Shown: positions 61,017 through 63,455 of the stretch, one piece after another
How the letters are laid out: each line of letters opens with the position of its first letter
How positions within the stretch are numbered: the first letter of the stretch is position 1
Origin: Marinobacter sp.
Lineage (GTDB): Bacteria > Pseudomonadota > Gammaproteobacteria > Pseudomonadales > Oleiphilaceae
Assembly: GCA_052089485.1 (NCBI GenBank)
Contig: JBQCZX010000001.1
Span: 1 to 63,455, forward strand
Direction: 5' to 3'
DNA: 63,455 nucleotides
The notes under the pieces: generated by a model
Told to the model about the DNA's origin: nothing
The model's input: the letters and a program-made list of their open reading frames with translations, nothing else
The model's database searches: none
Position numbers and translations under genes: made by a program

Positions 61017-62483
61017 ATGCAGTCTCACCATCCCGTAAAATCAAGCCGCCAGATGTGGCTTGGAACATGGGCTTTGGTTCTTCTGGTTGGCACATTGCTG
61101 GCCCTGGCCTCGCTGGGCCATCAGGTGTTGGCCCAGCAAAACCGCTCAGGAAGTGCGCTGGTTCTAACGGTTGAGGGCGCCATTGGCCCTGCCACCATGG
61201 ATTATGTGGTGCGCGGTATTCAACGGGCAGAATCTGATGGTTCAGAACTGGTGGTTCTCGAGATGGACACGCCAGGTGGGCTGATGAACTCCATGCGCGA
61301 AATCATCAAAACCATCCTCAGTTCCAATGTACCAGTGATAACCTATGTAACCCCTCAGGGTGCGCGTGCGGCCAGTGCCGGCACCTATATCCTCTACGCT
61401 AGCCACATTGCGGCCATGGCGCCCGCCACCAACCTGGGCTCCGCAACGCCGGTGCAGATGGGCGGATTGCCCGGCAGCCAGACTCCACCCGCAGACCCCC
61501 AACCAGATGAAAGCAATGCCGGTGCGTCCGGTGATGAGCAGAACTCGGCCCCCGAGAAAGCCACCGACGAGAGCAGCAAGCGTCGTGGTGAAACGGCAAT
61601 GGAACGTAAGGTTCTGGAAGACGCGGTCAGTTATATACGCGGTCTGGCCGAACGTCATGGCAGAAATGCCGACTGGGCTGAAGAAGCCGTGCGCGAAGCG
61701 GTAAATCTAGGTGCCCGTGAGGCATTAGATAAAAACGTTGTCGATGTCGTGGCGGCGGACTTGCCAGACTTGATGCGCCAGATTGATGGGCGCACGGTAA
61801 GCTTGGCCTCTGGCGATACAACTCTGCAAACCGCCGGCCTTGAAATGATTCGCATGCTGCCGGATTGGCGCACTCGCCTGCTCACTGTGATTACCCACCC
61901 CAATGTTGCCTATTTCCTGATGATTATCGGGTTCTACGGCATTATTTTTGAACTAGCCAGCCCTGGTGCGGTGGTACCGGGCGTTGTGGGTGCGATCTGC
62001 CTGGTCCTCGCGATGTTCGCCTTCCAGGTGCTGTCTGTGAATTACGCTGGTCTGGCGCTGATATTTCTGGGGCTGGGATTCATTGTCGGTGAATCCCTGG
62101 TTCCCAGTTTTGGCATTCTCGGTATGGGCGGCATAGTTGCGTTTATTACCGGCTCGATCATTTTGATGGACGGCAACCACCGTGCAATCTCATTGCCAGC
62201 CATTGGCGGCACGGCGGCGGTAGCGGCGGGCTTTATTCTGTGGACGGTTACCCGCTTTATCGGGCTGCGCAAAAAGCGCCCGGTAAGCGGCAGCGAACAG
62301 ATAACCCAGGAAAAAGCCGTTGCCTTGGACGACTTTCTAAAAGCGGACAGTGGCTACCGCGGGCATGTGCGCATGAGTGGTGAGCGCTGGAACGCGGTAA
62401 GCCGTTATCCTATACACCGGAGCGATGTAGTGCAGGTCACCGCAATCGATGGCCTGACCGTTAGCGTTAAGGAGGCTGTATGA
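61017..62483 (+). CDS. nfeD: NfeD long-form membrane serine protease
   Basis: DTPGGL, RAASAG, NLGSATPV, HGRNADWA; TM bundle; C-terminal OB-fold GERWNA. Confidence 0.9.
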   Translation: MQSHHPVKSSRQMWLGTWALVLLVGTLLALASLGHQVLAQQNRSGSALVLTVEGAIGPATMDYVVRGIQRAESDGSELVVLEMDTPGGLMNSMREIIKTILSSNVPVITYVTPQGARAASAGTYILYASHIAAMAPATNLGSATPVQMGGLPGSQTPPADPQPDESNAGASGDEQNSAPEKATDESSKRRGETAMERKVLEDAVSYIRGLAERHGRNADWAEEAVREAVNLGAREALDKNVVDVVAADLPDLMRQIDGRTVSLASGDTTLQTAGLEMIRMLPDWRTRLLTVITHPNVAYFLMIIGFYGIIFELASPGAVVPGVVGAICLVLAMFAFQVLSVNYAGLALIFLGLGFIVGESLVPSFGILGMGGIVAFITGSIILMDGNHRAISLPAIGGTAAVAAGFILWTVTRFIGLRKKRPVSGSEQITQEKAVALDDFLKADSGYRGHVRMSGERWNAVSRYPIHRSDVVQVTAIDGLTVSVKEAV

Positions 62484-63265
62484 TCGGTAATTTGATTTCC
62501 TGGCTTGCACCGGCCGTGGTGTTATTGCTGATACTTGGGGCGGCCATCAAAATTCTGCCCGAATACCAGCGTGGCGTGGTATTTTTTCTGGGGAGATTTC
62601 AGGGCGTTAAAGGCCCTGGGCTGCTTTTCATAATTCCCGGCATTCAACAAATTGTTCGAGTGGATCTCCGTGTTATCACCCTTGATGTACCCAGCCAAGA
62701 TGTAATTTCCCGGGACAACGTAACGGTGCGGGTGAGTGCGGTGCTCTATTTCCGGGTGGTGGACCCGGAGCGGGCGATTATCCGTGTTGAGGATTTTAAC
62801 TCCGCCACCAGCCAGTTGTCTCAGACCACGCTGCGATCGGTGCTGGGTAAGCACGACCTGGACGAAATGCTGTCAGAGCGCGACAAGCTGAACGCAGACA
62901 TCCAAGAGATCATTGATACGCAAACCGAAGAGTGGGGAATCAAAGTTGCCAATGTTGAAATCAAACACGTAGACCTTGATGAATCTATGATCCGGGCTAT
63001 TGCGCGCCAAGCTGAAGCGGAACGTGAGCGGCGGGCAAAAGTGATTCACGCGGAGGGCGAGTTGCAGGCATCGGAGAAGTTGGTAGAGGCGGCAAAGGTA
63101 ATGTCGGCCGATTCGGGCGCTATGCAGTTGCGCTACATGCAAACCCTCTCAGACATGAGTAATACCAATTCATCGACCATCGTTTTCCCGTTGCCGATGG
63201 ATTTGATGAAAACGTTTATGGAGAAAGCGCCGGCTAATAATCCGCCAGAAAAGCCAAAATCATAA
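62480..63265 (+). CDS. SPFH/stomatin-like (slipin) protein
   Basis: EYQRGVVFFLGR, QDVISRDNV, QAEAERERRAKVIHAEGE; ATGA overlap with nfeD. Confidence 0.93.
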   Translation: MIGNLISWLAPAVVLLLILGAAIKILPEYQRGVVFFLGRFQGVKGPGLLFIIPGIQQIVRVDLRVITLDVPSQDVISRDNVTVRVSAVLYFRVVDPERAIIRVEDFNSATSQLSQTTLRSVLGKHDLDEMLSERDKLNADIQEIIDTQTEEWGIKVANVEIKHVDLDESMIRAIARQAEAERERRAKVIHAEGELQASEKLVEAAKVMSADSGAMQLRYMQTLSDMSNTNSSTIVFPLPMDLMKTFMEKAPANNPPEKPKS

Positions 63266-63276
63266 ACTGAAATCAT

Positions 63277-63303
63277 AAAAAAGGCCGGGAGTCCCGGCCT
63301 TTT
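63277..63303. terminator. Bidirectional intrinsic terminator
   Basis: AAAAAAGGCCGGGAGTCCCGGCCTTTT between convergent genes. Confidence 0.85.
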
Positions 63304-63320
63304 CTTGCAATGCTTAAGCC

Positions 63321-63455
63321 TTACTTCTGGCTTGCACGCTCGAGCATACGCTTAGCACGCTCGTTTGCTTCGTCAGCAGACTTCTGTGCTGCTTTAGCTT
63401 CAGCCAGTGCCTTGTCTGCAGTGTTCTGTGCAGAACGCGCAGAGCTTGCAGCGCT
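63321..63455 (-). CDS. oprI: Lpp/OprI family alanine-zipper lipoprotein, 3' part (not in the ORF track; truncated by the window edge)
   Basis: Manual translation: ...SAASSARSAQNTADKALAEAKAAQKSADEANERAKRMLERASQK*, resembling the OprI C-terminus with terminal Lys. Confidence 0.88.
   Translation of the reverse strand, partial: SAASSARSAQNTADKALAEAKAAQKSADEANERAKRMLERASQK

Noticed and set aside
1-63455. Prophage, IS element or genomic island
   Set aside because: No integrase, transposase, phage gene or tRNA, and no obvious compositional break by eye

Overview
A 63.5-kb, gene-dense chromosomal window from a marine gammaproteobacterium. Gene content and intergenic repeats suggest Marinobacter; this is inferred, not searched. 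I see no rRNA, tRNA, CRISPR array, integrase or transposase. Core blocks: a complete aa3-type cytochrome c oxidase and assembly cluster (coxB, coxA, ctaG, coxC, SURF1, ctaA, cyoE, sco), hrpB, cti, a solitary ectC, monomeric icd, ybaK, queCE, a 7TMR-DISM hybrid kinase, MarR plus DHA2 efflux, an L,D-transpeptidase, NfeD/SPFH and a partial OprI. The most interesting parts are: (1) a translationally coupled envelope operon of a type-1 copper cupredoxin, a membrane EAL phosphodiesterase, a DUF3034 outer-membrane barrel and a lipoprotein truncated haemoglobin with an apolar distal pocket, a candidate gas/redox-sensing c-di-GMP system; (2) a sigma54 3-hydroxybutyrate oligomer scavenging regulon whose cis-elements can be read from the DNA (six 18-bp palindromic enhancer sites, two -24/-12 promoters, an IHF site, shared leader motifs and a 9-bp VNTR); (3) a CapW/BrxR-like WYL regulator in apparent operon with a secreted ExeM nuclease rather than a defence system; (4) a 110-bp structured palindromic element with GGA-loop hairpins. 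All family calls come from motif recognition, not database searches.
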